From: an uncultured delta proteobacterium
GTDB lineage: Bacteria > Desulfobacterota > Desulfobaccia > Desulfobaccales > 0-14-0-80-60-11
Assembly (NCBI GenBank): GCA_963841475.1
Contig: CAWJCT010000001.1
Span: 613,052 to 677,051 of the forward strand
Direction: 5' to 3'
Length of the DNA: 64,000 bases
Shown here: in pieces, positions 1 through 8,733 of the stretch
How the letters are laid out: each line of letters starts with the position of its first letter
Position numbering within the stretch: position 1 is the stretch's first letter
The notes under the pieces: generated by a model
The model's database searches: none
The model's input: the letters and a program-made list of their open reading frames with translations, nothing else
What the model was told of the DNA's origin: nothing
Program-made: the position numbers and the translations under genes

Positions 1-1955
1 CCGAAAAGATGAACCTGGTGGTCGGGGAGCTCTCCGTCCACCCCGACGGCTTCGGCTTCGTCACCCCGGAGACCGGCGGCAAGGACATCTACCTGGTGGC
101 CGCGAACCTGAAGGAGGCCTGGCACGGCGACCGGGTGGTGGTGCGGATCGAAGGCAGCCGGGGCCGCCGCCGGGAAGGCCGGGTGATCCGCATCCTCTCC
201 CGCCGGCTCACGGAAGTGCTGGGCCTCCTGTCCCAGGCCGGCGACACCTATTTTGTGGAGCCCGAAGACGAGCACCTCCTCTTCAATCTGGTGATCGCTC
301 CCGGAGCATCTCAACGGCGCCACCCCGGGACAGATGGTGCGGGCCGCGGTGACCCACTATCCCACGGGCCACCTGAATCCCCAGGGAGTGATCACCGAGG
401 TCCTGGGTGACGTGGAAGACGCCGAGGTCCAGACCCGGCTGGTGATTTTGAAGCACGGTCTGCCGGACGAGTTCCCGGCGGAAGTCCTGGCCGAGGCGGA
501 CGGACTCGTTCCCGACCTGTCGGGCAGACCCTGAAAGACCGGCAGGACCTGCGCCACCTGCCCTTGGTGACCATCGACGGCGAGACCGCCCGGGATTTCG
601 ACGACGGCGATCTATCTGGAGAAAAAGCCCGGGGGCGCTTTCACCCTTTACGTGGCCATCGCCGACGTCAGCCACTACGTCACCCCGGGCTCGCCCCTGG
701 ACCAGGAGGCCACCGGAGCGGGGCACCAGCGTCTATTTCCCCCAGCGGGCGGTGCACATGCTGCCGGAGAAGCTGGCCACCAACGTCTGCAGCCTCATCC
801 CCGAGAAGACCGCCTGGCGGTGACGGTAATTATGCATTTCGACCGCCGGGGCCGCCTGAAAGACTTCACCTTTGCCAGGAGCGTCATCCGCAACCATTCC
901 CGTCTGACCTACCGCCTGGTGGATGACCTGGTGGTCGAAAAAGACCGGGAACTGCGGAGCCGCTACCGGCCTTTGGTGAAGATGCTCACCCAGATGATGG
1001 ACCTCTGCGACCGCCTGCGGGAGCGCCGGGCCGAACGGGGCAGCCTGCTTGATGAGTCATTCCCGAGGCCGAGGTGGTCCTGGATGACAAGGGCTGGCCG
1101 GTGGACATGCGCCGGGTGGATCACCTGGTGTCCCACCAGCTCATCGAGGAGTTCATGATCGCCGCCAACGAAGCGGTGGCCACCTTCCTGGGGGAACCCT
1201 CCCTCTTCCGGGTGCACGAGAGCCCCGACCCCGCCAAGCTGGCCGCGTTCCGCACCTATCTTGAAGAGCCTGGGGTTTGACCTGCCCAAGGAGGTCAACC
1301 GGGACCCCCGGGTCCTCCGGGAGTTTCTGGATAAAGTCCGCCAGACCCCGCTGGCCCCCATGGTGCAGTTGATGCTGCTGCGCTCGCTGAAGCAGGCCCG
1401 CTACGCCGGGGAGAACCTGGGGCATTACGGCCTGGCCACCGACTGGTACACCCACTTCACCTCCCCCATCCGGCGCTATCCCGATCTGCTGGTGCACCGG
1501 CTGCTCCTGGCCCGGCTGGCCGGGCGCAAACCGCCGTTTTCCGTGGAGCCGGAAGACCTGGAGACCCAGGCCGGCCACCTCAACCGGCGGGAGCGCAAGG
1601 CCGGTCGAGGCGGAGCGGGAGATGCTGTCCCGCATGCAGGTGCGCTGCCTGGCCCACCGGGTGGGTGAGGCCTTCTACGGGGCGCATCACCGGGGTCAAC
1701 GCCTTCGGGTTTTTCGTCGCCCTGGAGGAGGTCTTTGCCGAGGGCCTGGTGCGCCTGGTGGACCTGCCCAACGACTACTACCGCTATGAGGAATCCCAGC
1801 AGCGCCTGTTCGGCCGGCGCACCCGGCGCATCTTTGCCCTGGGGGACCTGGTCCGGGTCAAAGTGGCCCACGTGGACATCCGCCGCCGCCACGTCAACCT
1901 GTTGTTGGTGGAGGAAGAAGAAGGGGAAAAAGGCGAAGAAGGGAAAGGGGAATAA
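1..1955 (+). pseudogene. rnr: Ribonuclease R, 5'-truncated by window edge; reading frame broken at least 5 times (artefact or pseudogene)
   Basis: Successive + ORFs (9-410, 334-534, 564-, 652-1158, 1074-1280, 1261-1668, 1665-1955) read in order. They give an OB/cold-shock domain (HPDGFGFV), an RNB domain (TIDGETARDFDD, IADVSHYV, HFTSPIRRYPDLLVHR), an S1 domain and a Glu/Lys-rich tail. Each junction needs a +/-1 shift. Confidence 0.85.
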
Positions 1956-1981
1956 ACTCTGAAACCCTGGAGATGATTATA

Positions 1982-2073
1982 GGGCGGCCCGTGGCCGCCT
2001 TATGCAATATAACCATAGTGGGGCGGCCGTCCCTGGCCGCCCGCGCCGGAGGCGGGCACGGAGGCCCGCCCCA
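1982..2073. repeat. Three tandem GC-rich hairpins (GGGCGGCC..GGCCGCCC type) between convergent genes
   Basis: Stems GGCGGCC/GGCCGCC at 1982-2000, GGGCGGCC/GGCCGCCC at 2021-2042, GGCGGGC/GCCCGCC at 2051-2070. Same core as the hairpin repeats at 8702, 11848, 48368 and 51748. Confidence 0.6.
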
Positions 2074-2180
2074 CCAGGAATAAACCGCCGGGTCGCCCCT
2101 ACGCTGGCCGTTGCTTTCGCCACGTTCCCCAGTACAACCTGGAAACGTGTTAAATCAGCGCCACCATTTACAGCCCTCTT

Positions 2181-2816
2181 TTAAAAATCCACGTATTCCC
2201 CCCGAGCCAGGTCCCGGAGATGGCAGGCGTCGTTTAAGCCCATGATGTGCCAGGTGTTCCCCACCCGGTTAAAGCGGTTGATGGCGGTGGTGTCCTGGCC
2301 GATCCGCCAGAAGTGGGAGTTGTCCAGGCCGATGAAGGCCGCGATGAGCACCTTGTTCACCGCCCGGTGGGCCGCCAGTAAGACCACTTGCCCGGGGTGG
2401 CGCCGCACCACTTCCTCAACCGCTTTAAGGGCCCGGTCTTTGACTTCGTCCAGGGTTTCGCCCCCTGGAAAGCGGACGGTGGCCGGGGCGGTTTCCCATT
2501 GACGGTAGAGGTCGGCATACCTGACCTTGACCTCCGCCAGGGGCAGGCCCTCCCAATCGCCGTAGCACAGGTCGGTGAGTCCCGGCAGGTCCGCCACCGC
2601 CAGATTGTGGTGCCGGGCAATGGCCTGGGCGGTGTCCCGGGCCCGGGACAAGGGCGAGGTGTAAGCCGCGTGGATGGTCTCCCCCCTGAGCCACTCCCCC
2701 GCCAGGCGGGCCTCCTCCCGGCCCTGGTCGTTCAGGGGAATGTCCCTGGAGCCTCGGAAAATCTTGTCCAGGTTCCAGGGGGTTTGGCCGTGGCGTACCA
2801 GAATAATCCCGGTCAT
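2181..2816 (-). CDS. Histidine phosphatase family protein (phosphoglycerate mutase-like)
   Basis: MTGIILVRHGQTPWN (RHG catalytic motif), TSPLSRA, AAHRAV. ATG at 2816 is preceded by GGAGGA. The longer ORF reaches 2861. Confidence 0.8.
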   Translation of the reverse strand: MTGIILVRHGQTPWNLDKIFRGSRDIPLNDQGREEARLAGEWLRGETIHAAYTSPLSRARDTAQAIARHHNLAVADLPGLTDLCYGDWEGLPLAEVKVRYADLYRQWETAPATVRFPGGETLDEVKDRALKAVEEVVRRHPGQVVLLAAHRAVNKVLIAAFIGLDNSHFWRIGQDTTAINRFNRVGNTWHIMGLNDACHLRDLARGEYVDF

Positions 2817-2942
2817 GAGTCGTCTTCCTCCTGCGTTTTTATCCACCCGGGCTCCGATCACGGCCTGGGCGCAAAAAGGGGCCCCGGGCGGAAGCCCTGG
2901 CCCCTACTATAATGCCTCGGTCGCTCCTTTGAAAAGAGCGAA

Positions 2943-3227
2943 TCAGCTCATGATGTCCCAATTCAGCTTAAAGGTATTGTCATAGAGGGTATATTCAAAC
3001 CCCATCATTTTGCCTACCCCGGGCCGTTCTCCCGGTTCGACCCGCCAATACATCAGATAAATGGCGGGAATCATGCGGGGATCGCCAGTCTTGGGGTCAG
3101 GTTCGATGTTGGCCCAAATCTCCTTCTTCTCCATGACCCGCCAGACCGTGCCATGCTTTTTGCTGCGCACTTCCTGCCCTACCTCGGGCAGGCCCTTTTC
3201 CCGGATGATCTTATCAAAATCCTTCAT
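2943..3227 (-). CDS. Small conserved hypothetical protein, homologous to the C-terminal tail domain of the adjacent antiporter
   Basis: 94-aa ORF with an AGGAGG RBS. Residues LPEVGQEVRSKKHGTVWRVMEKKEIWA...YWRV...GKMMGFEYTLYDNTFKLNWDIM align with residues ~410-488 of ORF 3791-5263. Confidence 0.6.
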   Translation of the reverse strand: MKDFDKIIREKGLPEVGQEVRSKKHGTVWRVMEKKEIWANIEPDPKTGDPRMIPAIYLMYWRVEPGERPGVGKMMGFEYTLYDNTFKLNWDIMS

Positions 3228-3525
3228 GGCCGCCTCCTTTTGAGGTGATGGGTGATATTCTAAAAATAAGATTTTTATTCAGTATTTCAAGTAAAGATAT
3301 AAAGATTAACAGCCTGACCAATTTTAATAAAGAAATAGTGCTTCTTACCCGGCTCAGGACTCGCCTTCGGTGTCCGGGTGGGGCGTCGATCCATATCGCC
3401 CTATTCCCCCTGAGGGGCCGGGGAGCGGCGCTATCGGGACCCCCGGGAGCTCGGCCAAGGCCAGGAGCGGCGGGAGGTGTGTCTCATGGCCCAGACCGTA
3501 ATCTGGCACCCCGGTCATATTGCGC

Positions 3526-3554
3526 TTGACTATTGCACCCCTCCGGTTCAAAAT
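3526..3554 (+). promoter_or_regulatory. Sigma70-like promoter for the riboswitch leader
   Basis: TTGACT (3526-3531), 17-nt spacer, CAAAAT (3549-3554). The predicted start falls a few nt before the P1 hairpin at 3568. Confidence 0.4.
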
Positions 3555-3567
3555 AATCAGGAGAACT

Positions 3568-3742
3568 GGCGATGGAGCTCGCCTGGGAAATTTTTCATAC
3601 TGAGGAGCAATCCAAAAGTTTTTGATGGCCGCCGCAGGCCTTAGCCGGTTGCCGGATTTTTGATTGCGAGTCGGTATCACGGCCCGAACCGCGCTGGCGC
3701 TGATGGCTCCTGATTACCCCATGGGGTTCAGGGGCTTTTTTT
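3568..3742 (+). promoter_or_regulatory. Fluoride riboswitch (crcB motif)-like leader with a ~100-nt inserted helical domain and terminator expression platform
   Basis: P1 hairpin GGCGAUGGAGCUCGCC (3568-3583). 3' half GAACC-GCGCUGGCGC-UGAUGGCUCCU (3686-3711). Pseudoknot GGAGCU (3574-3579) pairs with GGCUCC (3705-3710). A terminator stem starting at 3706 overlaps the pseudoknot strand. Both halves closely resemble the crcB-motif sequences I recall from Bacillus cereus and Thermotoga petrophila. Confidence 0.6.
3706..3742 (+). terminator. Intrinsic terminator (riboswitch expression platform)
   Basis: GCUCCUGA-UU-ACCC / GGGU-UCAGGGGC stem (about 12 bp, 2-nt bulge) followed by T7 at 3736-3742, 49 nt upstream of the antiporter ATG. 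Confidence 0.65.
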
Positions 3743-3790
3743 GTTGGCCGGGTCAAGGTTGCCCCTTTACCCCTGCTGGAGGAGACCCTT

Positions 3791-5263
3791 ATGGCGATCA
3801 GCCTGGCCTTGATCATCATCCTGGGTTTGGGTGCTGACTACCTCTTCCGCCGCCTGAAAATGCCGGGCCTGGTGGGCATGCTTTTGGTGGGCATCCTGGT
3901 GGGGCCCTATGTTCTTGGCCTGCTGCGCCCGGAAATGATCGCAGTCTCGGCGGATTTTCGCAAAATCGCCCTCATCGTTATCCTGCTCCGGGCCGGCTTC
4001 ACCCTGCGCCGGGAGACCCTGAACCGCACCGCCCGCCCGGCCCTGCTCATGAGCTTCGTCCCCGCCTCTTTCGAGATCGCCGCCGTGAGTGTGGCGGCCG
4101 TGTACCTGTTCAACTTCTCATGGCTCCAGGCCGCCATGCTGGGAGCCATTATCGGCGCCGTCTCCCCCGCGGTGGTGGTGCCCATGATGATTTACTTCAT
4201 GGAGCAGGGCAAAGGGGCGCAAAAGGGGATCCCCACCTTCGTCCTGGCCGGCTCCGCCCTGGACAATGTCTTTGCCATCGTCATCTTTACCCAGTTTTTG
4301 AGTCTCTACCAGGGGGTCAAGAGCAGCATCCTCTGGGACCTGGCCAGTATCCCGGTCGCCGTGGTCCTGGGGACCCTCCTGGGGCTGGTGGCCGGCTACC
4401 TCCTCTACCTGTTTTTCAGCCGCTATGAACTGGCCAGTCCCCGGCGCACCATCATGGTGTTGGGGGTGGCCATCGTTCTCACCTGGATCGGCGACCTGGC
4501 CAAGGACCTGGTCCCCATCGCCTCCCTGCTGGGGGTCCTGACCATGGGCCTGGTCATCCTGGAGAAGGCCGATAGCCTGGGGCATATCATTGCCCAGAAA
4601 CTCCAGCGCCTCTGGGTCTTTGCCGAACTCCTGCTCTTCGTGCTGGTGGGGGCCCAGGTGAACCCCAAGGTGGCCTGGGGCGCCGGGGCCGCCGGCCTGG
4701 CAATCATCGGCTTCGGCCTTATCTTCCGGTCTCTGGGCACCTACCTGTCCGTTCTGGGGGCCGGGCTCACCTGGCGGGAAAAGCTCTTTTGCATCATGAG
4801 CTATATCCCCAAGGCCACCGTCCAGGCGGCCATCGGCGCCATTCCCCTGGAGGCCGGGGTCCCCGGCGGCGAACTTATCCTGGCCATGGCGGTGCTCTCG
4901 GTCTTGATCACCGCCCCACCCGGGGCCGTCGCCATCTCCCTGTGGGGCGAAAAAGTCCTGGACAAGGAAGAACTCAGCGGCTACCGCTTTTTCACCCTGA
5001 GGGACAGGTTGAAACTGCCCCGGGTGGGCCAGCGGATCCGCCACAAGCGCTCCGGCGCCGTGTGGAAGGTTATCGAGGAGATGGAAATCTGGGCCGAGAA
5101 GCCCGCCGGGGCCGGCGCCACCACAGAGCAAGTCCCGGGTCTGGCCCTCCGGTTCTGGAAGGTCGACGACCACCTGCCCCGGGGCAAGGGGAAAACCCTG
5201 CGCCACACCTACACCCCCGGCGACCATACTTTTGAGCGCTATTGGGAGGTCCTGGAAGGGTGA
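3791..5263 (+). CDS. Cation:proton antiporter (Na+/H+ exchanger family) with a soluble C-terminal domain of unknown function
   Basis: 490 aa. About 390 aa are polytopic hydrophobic sequence typical of CPA-type exchangers, followed by a hydrophilic ~90-aa tail. GGAGGAG RBS before the ATG. Confidence 0.75.
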   Translation: MAISLALIIILGLGADYLFRRLKMPGLVGMLLVGILVGPYVLGLLRPEMIAVSADFRKIALIVILLRAGFTLRRETLNRTARPALLMSFVPASFEIAAVSVAAVYLFNFSWLQAAMLGAIIGAVSPAVVVPMMIYFMEQGKGAQKGIPTFVLAGSALDNVFAIVIFTQFLSLYQGVKSSILWDLASIPVAVVLGTLLGLVAGYLLYLFFSRYELASPRRTIMVLGVAIVLTWIGDLAKDLVPIASLLGVLTMGLVILEKADSLGHIIAQKLQRLWVFAELLLFVLVGAQVNPKVAWGAGAAGLAIIGFGLIFRSLGTYLSVLGAGLTWREKLFCIMSYIPKATVQAAIGAIPLEAGVPGGELILAMAVLSVLITAPPGAVAISLWGEKVLDKEELSGYRFFTLRDRLKLPRVGQRIRHKRSGAVWKVIEEMEIWAEKPAGAGATTEQVPGLALRFWKVDDHLPRGKGKTLRHTYTPGDHTFERYWEVLEG

Positions 5264-6423
5264 AATCCGCCGCCTGGAAGTTCATCATCCTGCTGGGGGT
5301 CATCAGCCTCTTCAGCGACATCACTTATGAAGGAGCCCGGAGTATCAGCGGCCCCTTCCTCGGTGAACTCAAGGCCAGCGCCCTGGTGGTGGGGGTGGTG
5401 GCGGGCCTGGGGGAGTTTCTGGGGTACACGCTGCGCCTGGCGTCCGGCTACCTTGCCGATCGTCTGGGCCGTTACTGGCCCATAGTCTTTGCCGGCTATA
5501 GTTTGAACCTTCTGGCAGTGCCGCTCCTGGCCCTGGCCGGCAGTTGGGAAATTGCCGCGGTGCTCCTGGTGGCCGAACGGATGGGCAAGGCTATCCGCAC
5601 CCCGGCCCGGGACGCCATGCTGTCTCACGCTGTGAGCGCGGTGGGGCGGGGCTGGGGCTTCGGCTTCCACGAGGCCATGGACCAGATTGGCGCAGTCACC
5701 GGGCCGCTCATCGTGGCCGCAGTCTTATATTTCCATGGAGGTTACCGGCAGGGGTTTGCCGTTCTCTTGATCCCGGCCGTCCTGGCGCTGGTGGTGATTA
5801 CCCTGGCGGCGCGTCTCTATCCCCACCCCCAGCACCTGGAGGTGAACGCCCCGGGTCTCAACCCCACCGGGTTCAACCGCCCTTACTGGCTCTATGTCGT
5901 GGCCGTGGGATTGATGGGAGCCGGCTATGCCGACTTCCCCCTGATCGCCTATCACTTCGGCCAGACGAGCCTGGCCCCTCCCGGCTGGATCCCCCTGTTT
6001 TATGCCGTCGCCATGGCGGTGGACGGTGTGGCCGCCCTCATCCTGGGCCGCCTCTTTGACCGACTGGGGCTTCGGGTAATCATGGGGACCGCGGTCCTGT
6101 CGGCTCTGTTTGCGCCCCTGGTCTTCCTGGGAGGTTTTAAGCTCGCCCTGTTGGGCATGGTCCTCTGGGGCATCGGCATGGGGAGCCTGGAGTCCATTAT
6201 CAAGGCCGCCCTGGCCGAGATGGTGCCCCGCCACCGCCGGGCCACCGGTTTCGGCCTCTTTAATTGCGGCTTCGGCCTGTTCTGGCTCCTGGGCAGCGTC
6301 CTCATGGGGTGGCTCTATGATTATTCCCTGGGCGCCCTGGTGACCTTTTCGGTAACCGCCCAACTCCTGGCTATCCCCTTTTTTCTGGCGGTCTCGAGGC
6401 GAGTGTGCTTCCAACCCCGATGA
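5242..6423 (+). CDS. MFS transporter
   Basis: 393 aa with about 12 hydrophobic segments and MFS motif A-like GYLADRLGRYWP. It overlaps the antiporter stop, so it is probably in the same operon. Start uncertain (TTG 5242 or GTG 5260). Confidence 0.7.
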   Translation: MGGPGRVKSAAWKFIILLGVISLFSDITYEGARSISGPFLGELKASALVVGVVAGLGEFLGYTLRLASGYLADRLGRYWPIVFAGYSLNLLAVPLLALAGSWEIAAVLLVAERMGKAIRTPARDAMLSHAVSAVGRGWGFGFHEAMDQIGAVTGPLIVAAVLYFHGGYRQGFAVLLIPAVLALVVITLAARLYPHPQHLEVNAPGLNPTGFNRPYWLYVVAVGLMGAGYADFPLIAYHFGQTSLAPPGWIPLFYAVAMAVDGVAALILGRLFDRLGLRVIMGTAVLSALFAPLVFLGGFKLALLGMVLWGIGMGSLESIIKAALAEMVPRHRRATGFGLFNCGFGLFWLLGSVLMGWLYDYSLGALVTFSVTAQLLAIPFFLAVSRRVCFQPR

Positions 6424-6731
6424 CCGAACGTGTCAGGCAACCGCTGAGGAGGCTGACTGGACAATAAGTCGTCAAGACCGTCCAACCTCTGTCGATAGCA
6501 AATGAGATGATCGCAAAACATAGCAAATGAATTGTCCGTTTTTACGGATTTCGGAGACTATCGCCAGGAGGCGGGCGATGAAGGTAGTGGAAGTCATTTT
6601 GTAGGCCGCGGCCAGGGAGATCAAATGGATTCAGGCGGCGTGCTATTGACGGTTTTCCGCATAAGACCTTGCCCGGCCGCTGTTTCTGTGATAGAGGATT
6701 GGAAAAGCCACGCGCCGGGGGAGGATTAATC

Positions 6732-7143
6732 ATGGCTGGGCTCAACAAGGTTATTCTGGTGGGGAATCTGGGGGCCGATCCGGAGATGCGCTATACCGCC
6801 AGCGGCACTGCGGTAGCCAAGTTCTCCCTGGCCACCAGCCGGAAATTCACCGGGAAAGATGGTCAGAAACAGGAAAAGACCGAGTGGCACCGCATCGTGG
6901 CCTGGGGCAAAGCTGGCGGAGATCTGCGGCCAATACCTCTCCAAGGGCAAGCAGGTAATGATCGAGGGCCGGATCGATTACGGGTCCTACGAAAAGGACG
7001 GCGTCAAGCACTATACCACCGACATCGTCGCCGAAAATATGCAGATGCTGGGCGGCCCCGGCGGCCGCGGCCGGGACCAGGAGCCGGAACCGCCTTTTGG
7101 ACCGCCCCAAGGCGGTGCGCCGGACGATGATATCCCCTTTTAG
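6732..7143 (+). pseudogene. ssb: Single-stranded DNA-binding protein, one frameshift at an A-run
   Basis: [22 protein letters not shown]...[10 protein letters not shown] continues in the other frame as [21 protein letters not shown]...DDDIPF (canonical SSB tail). The shift lies at ggcAAAgctgg, about 6908. Confidence 0.85.
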
Positions 7144-7203
7144 GGAGCCGCCGCCATTGCCTCTCCCCCTGAACCCCTGACGGCCAGAGGAGACAACCCG
7201 GTT

Positions 7204-7845
7204 TTGCCGAACAAACGGGTCAATTGCGGGAGAAGATCGTCCCGCTGCTCCAGGCACGGGGATTTCCCCGGCCTGACGAACCTGGCTGGCCAGGAATCAG
7301 GGGTGGCCGCCATCCTGATGCAATTCCTCTACGACCCGGGCGCCCTCCTCTATTGGCGGGCCCTGGAAGGGCTGGGGCAGGTGGCCGGCTCCCATCCGGA
7401 GCAGGTGCAGAAACTTATCAGCCGGCTCCTCTACCTGCTCAACGAGGATTCGGGCAGCAACGGCTGGGGCGCGGCCGCGGCCCTGGGGGAGATCGGGCGC
7501 AACCAGATCTCCCTGGTAAAAGAAATCATCCCCATGTTCGTCGGCATCCTGGAGGAACCCTTCTCCCGGGAGCCGATGCTTTGGGGGGTGGGCCGGTTAG
7601 CGGAAGTGCATGGGGAACTTCTTCATGAAGTTTTGCCCGTTATTGTGCCTTTTCTCACAAGCCCTGAACCCCAGGTTCGGGCTCTGGCCGCCTGGGGACT
7701 GGGCCGTGCCCGGTATCGGCCGGCCGCTGGCGCCATCCAGGCCTTGACCGGGGACCAGCACCCGGTGGAACTTTACGAGCGCGGGCATCTGGTTGAGTCC
7801 ACCGTGGGCCACATCGCGGATGAGGCCCTGGCGGGCCTGAACTGA
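7204..7845 (+). CDS. HEAT-repeat protein (DVU0298-like family)
   Basis: Repeated helical HEAT-like units (ALEGLGQV, AAAALGEIG, PQVRALAAWGLGRA). The N-terminus is possibly shifted, since ORF 7224 shares the region. Confidence 0.5.
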   Translation: MPNKRVNCGRRSSRCSRHGDFPGLTNLAGQESGVAAILMQFLYDPGALLYWRALEGLGQVAGSHPEQVQKLISRLLYLLNEDSGSNGWGAAAALGEIGRNQISLVKEIIPMFVGILEEPFSREPMLWGVGRLAEVHGELLHEVLPVIVPFLTSPEPQVRALAAWGLGRARYRPAAGAIQALTGDQHPVELYERGHLVESTVGHIADEALAGLN

Positions 7846-7921
7846 GTCCGGAGAGCCGCGACGCTCAAAATTTTCTGTGCATGCGCACCAGACTAATCTC
7901 GGATAAGAAAGGAAGGTTCAG

Positions 7922-8059
7922 ATGTTTTTAATCATTCTTGGTTTTCTCGGCGGCGTATTCGTGGGCTATAAATACCCCCAGCAAGTGGATCAGGCGGTCC
8001 AGGCCATCAAAAACGCCGTTAATGATCTGAAGGATAAGTTTTCCAAGAAGTCCTCCTAA
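7922..8059 (+). CDS. Small membrane protein (45 aa), hypothetical
   Basis: MFLIILGFLGGVFVGYKYPQQVDQAVQAIKNAVNDLKDKFSKKSS, preceded by AAGGAAGG. It is below the ORF-track length cutoff. Confidence 0.4.
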   Translation: MFLIILGFLGGVFVGYKYPQQVDQAVQAIKNAVNDLKDKFSKKSS

Positions 8060-8385
8060 AGGCGACCCCCGGTCTATCTTCCGGGAGAAAAGGCCTGCCG
8101 GACCCGGCTGCTTTTTTCCCCCGGAGGGGTTCCTCCAGGGTGCCCCCGTGGCCCTCGCCAGGAGGACCCAAGTGCGGGCGCGCTGGGGCCAGGCGGGCCG
8201 AGCCTGGCGTCGGCCTGCCCCGGTTTATACCAGGGTGAGGCCTCTGCGAACGTGGCCTAACCTGTCTTTTTGAGAGAACGGAGCGACCGAAGCCCCAGCG
8301 ACTGTTCGGGGTAACGCCAGGGCGGGGTGGCGACCCGGCTTCGGACGGTCTCGGACGACCTTGAATCTCCCGGCCGGCCACCCTC

Positions 8386-8419
8386 CCCTCGGGGGCGGGG
8401 TTAACCCCGCCCCCGAGGG
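8386..8419. repeat. Perfect 34-nt palindrome
   Basis: CCCTCGGGGGCGGGGTTAACCCCGCCCCCGAGGG, centred on TTAA. Confidence 0.9.
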
Positions 8420-8461
8420 CCTGAATTATTTAACCAAGTTCACGCAAATTGCAACTAACCT

Positions 8462-8523
8462 ACAAGAATCTCTCTTTTTAAGCCGCTGAGATTCTTCACT
8501 CCGCTGCGCTCCGTTCAAAATGA
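8462..8523. repeat. Partial copy of the GTCATYCTGAG...GAAGAATCTC repeat family
   Basis: AAGAATCTC / GAGATTCTT inverted core plus the arm GAGATTCTTCACTCCGCTGCGCTCCGTTCAAAATGAC. Compare 11713-11823 and 61833-61943. Confidence 0.6.
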
Positions 8524-8701
8524 CCTGATTATGCACTATTTTTGAATGCGCCTTACGTCTGAGAGGCTTTTGGGTTTTGAGTTTTTGGTGTTTGGTAAAA
8601 AATACGTAAAATAAAGCTCAATAAGTTACAGGGCAAGTCGGTGGATTTTGCCATGGACCATGGCAGAGCGCCAAACTTGCCTGATACCCTGATCTTTGCA
8701 A

Positions 8702-8733
8702 GGGCGGACCGGCGAGTCCGGCCTTATTTTTTG
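8702..8733. terminator. GC-rich hairpin abutting the pirin stop (T-run on + strand)
   Basis: GGGCGGAC-cggcga-GTCCGGCC followed by TTATTTTTT. The core is shared with the GGGCGGAC..GTCCGCCC repeats. Confidence 0.4.

Noticed and set aside
3671-3687. The proximal hairpin UCGG-UAUCACGGC-CCGA as the P1 of the fluoride riboswitch (which would avoid postulating an insertion)
   Set aside because: Its loop lacks the GAUGG signature and cannot pair with the GGCUCC pseudoknot strand. The distal hairpin at 3568-3583 satisfies both requirements.
4118-5227. Long antisense ORFs opposite real genes (for example 4118-5227 minus, 13091-13852 minus, 27129-28583 plus, 29268-30437 plus, 36339-37529 minus, 55449-56186 minus, 63154-63738 minus)
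   Set aside because: These are typical high-GC shadow frames. They have Gly/Pro/Arg/Ala-rich low-complexity translations, no motifs and no RBS. The opposite strand carries clearly recognisable proteins.
6495-6530. Direct repeat ATAGCAAATGA x2 (23-nt spacing) upstream of ssb as a regulator or LexA-type operator
   Set aside because: It has only two short copies and no resemblance to any LexA box I know. This could easily be chance in an AT-richer spacer.
8019-8381. 120-aa ORF on the minus strand
   Set aside because: It has a Pro/Arg/Gly-rich translation across a GC-rich repeat and palindrome region, with no start context or motifs.
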